From Candidatus Micrarchaeota archaeon (GTDB taxonomy: Archaea > Micrarchaeota > Micrarchaeia > Norongarragalinales > UBA97): a stretch of 64,000 nt of DNA. Positions 63,642 through 64,000 of this stretch are shown here, one piece after another. Position numbers and translations under genes: made by a program. The notes below the pieces were generated by a model. That model was given only the letters and a program-made list of their open reading frames with translations. It had not been told where the DNA came from and did no database searches. Where the stretch lies: assembly GCA_016194335.1 (NCBI GenBank), contig JACQBR010000012.1, positions 5,448 through 69,447 on the forward strand, in the 5' to 3' direction. Position 1 is the stretch's first letter. Each line of letters opens with the position of its first letter.

Positions 63642-64000
63642 ATGAACTCCGTGCGCAGGAAGGTCCAGAGGACGGGAACGTCCACGCTTGCGGTTTCGCT
63701 GCCCAAGGCGTGGGCGAAAAAATACGGCATCAGGCAGGGCGCTGAACTCTTCATCCGCGAGAACGGCGACGGAATGCTTTCCCTGAGCCCAACGGACCTC
63801 TCGGCGGCAAGCCAGCCGAAAACCGACCTCTGCGTCGACGACTACAAGGACATCGACTCGCTGAGGAGGAAATTCCTCGCCGCCTACCTCAACGGCTTCA
63901 CCATCATCCGCCTCCACTCCAAAGGGAAATTCCCTTCAAACATGCGGCGCGCGATTATCGAGGAGGCGCACAAGCTCATCGGGGTGGAAGCGACGGAAGA
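63642..64000 (+). CDS. AbrB/SpoVT-domain PhoU-like regulator, 3' end cut by the window edge
   Basis: Own translation: MNSVRRKVQRTGTSTLAVSLPKAWAKKYGIRQGAELFIRENGDGMLSL... No stop before 64000, so it is absent from the track. Confidence 0.7.
   Translation, partial: MNSVRRKVQRTGTSTLAVSLPKAWAKKYGIRQGAELFIRENGDGMLSLSPTDLSAASQPKTDLCVDDYKDIDSLRRKFLAAYLNGFTIIRLHSKGKFPSNMRRAIIEEAHKLIGVEATE

Overview
GC-rich archaeal chromosomal window. Archaeal markers are PolD DP1 and DP2, fibrillarin, Nop5, PurP, archaeal-type GlyRS, DUF424 and UPF0147. All calls come from reading the sequence and from motif memory; no database search was run. Layout: (1) 1-3.5 kb holds a tandem cluster of small membrane proteins. 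(2) 3.6-7 kb holds a VapBC pair, a DUF424 gene and an orphan J-domain repeat protein. (3) 7.0-23.2 kb holds one 15.5-kb ORF encoding a 5,161-aa membrane-anchored, repeat-built, Cys-rich giant protein. A small anchored protein lies downstream of it and a DsbA-like oxidoreductase is divergent from it. (4) 24.8-38.8 kb is an accessory island carrying five of the window's six toxin-antitoxin modules. One HEPN toxin there is frameshifted just before its active site. The island also has two paralogous sequon-rich LamG surface glycoproteins with an Arch_ATPase/DUF234 gene between them. Two short relics of the LamG gene 3' end sit exactly between TA cassettes. (5) 38.9-44.4 kb holds purP, a 3-gene overlapping cassette with a mini caspase/CHAT-like protein, nop5 and glyS. 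The cassette is flanked by 42-bp direct repeats. Two identical, TA-flanked, hairpin-rich 123-nt elements in inverted orientation bracket a 4-kb segment here. (6) 47-61 kb is a co-directional block: polD-large, unknown gene, NUDIX, IMPase, a low-GC type IIG restriction-methylase, polD-small, amt and glnA. (7) 61-64 kb holds lrp, UPF0147, hypotheticals and the start of a PhoU-like gene. I recognised no rRNA gene, tRNA gene or CRISPR array. Many long out-of-frame or antisense ORFs in the track are GC-driven shadows.
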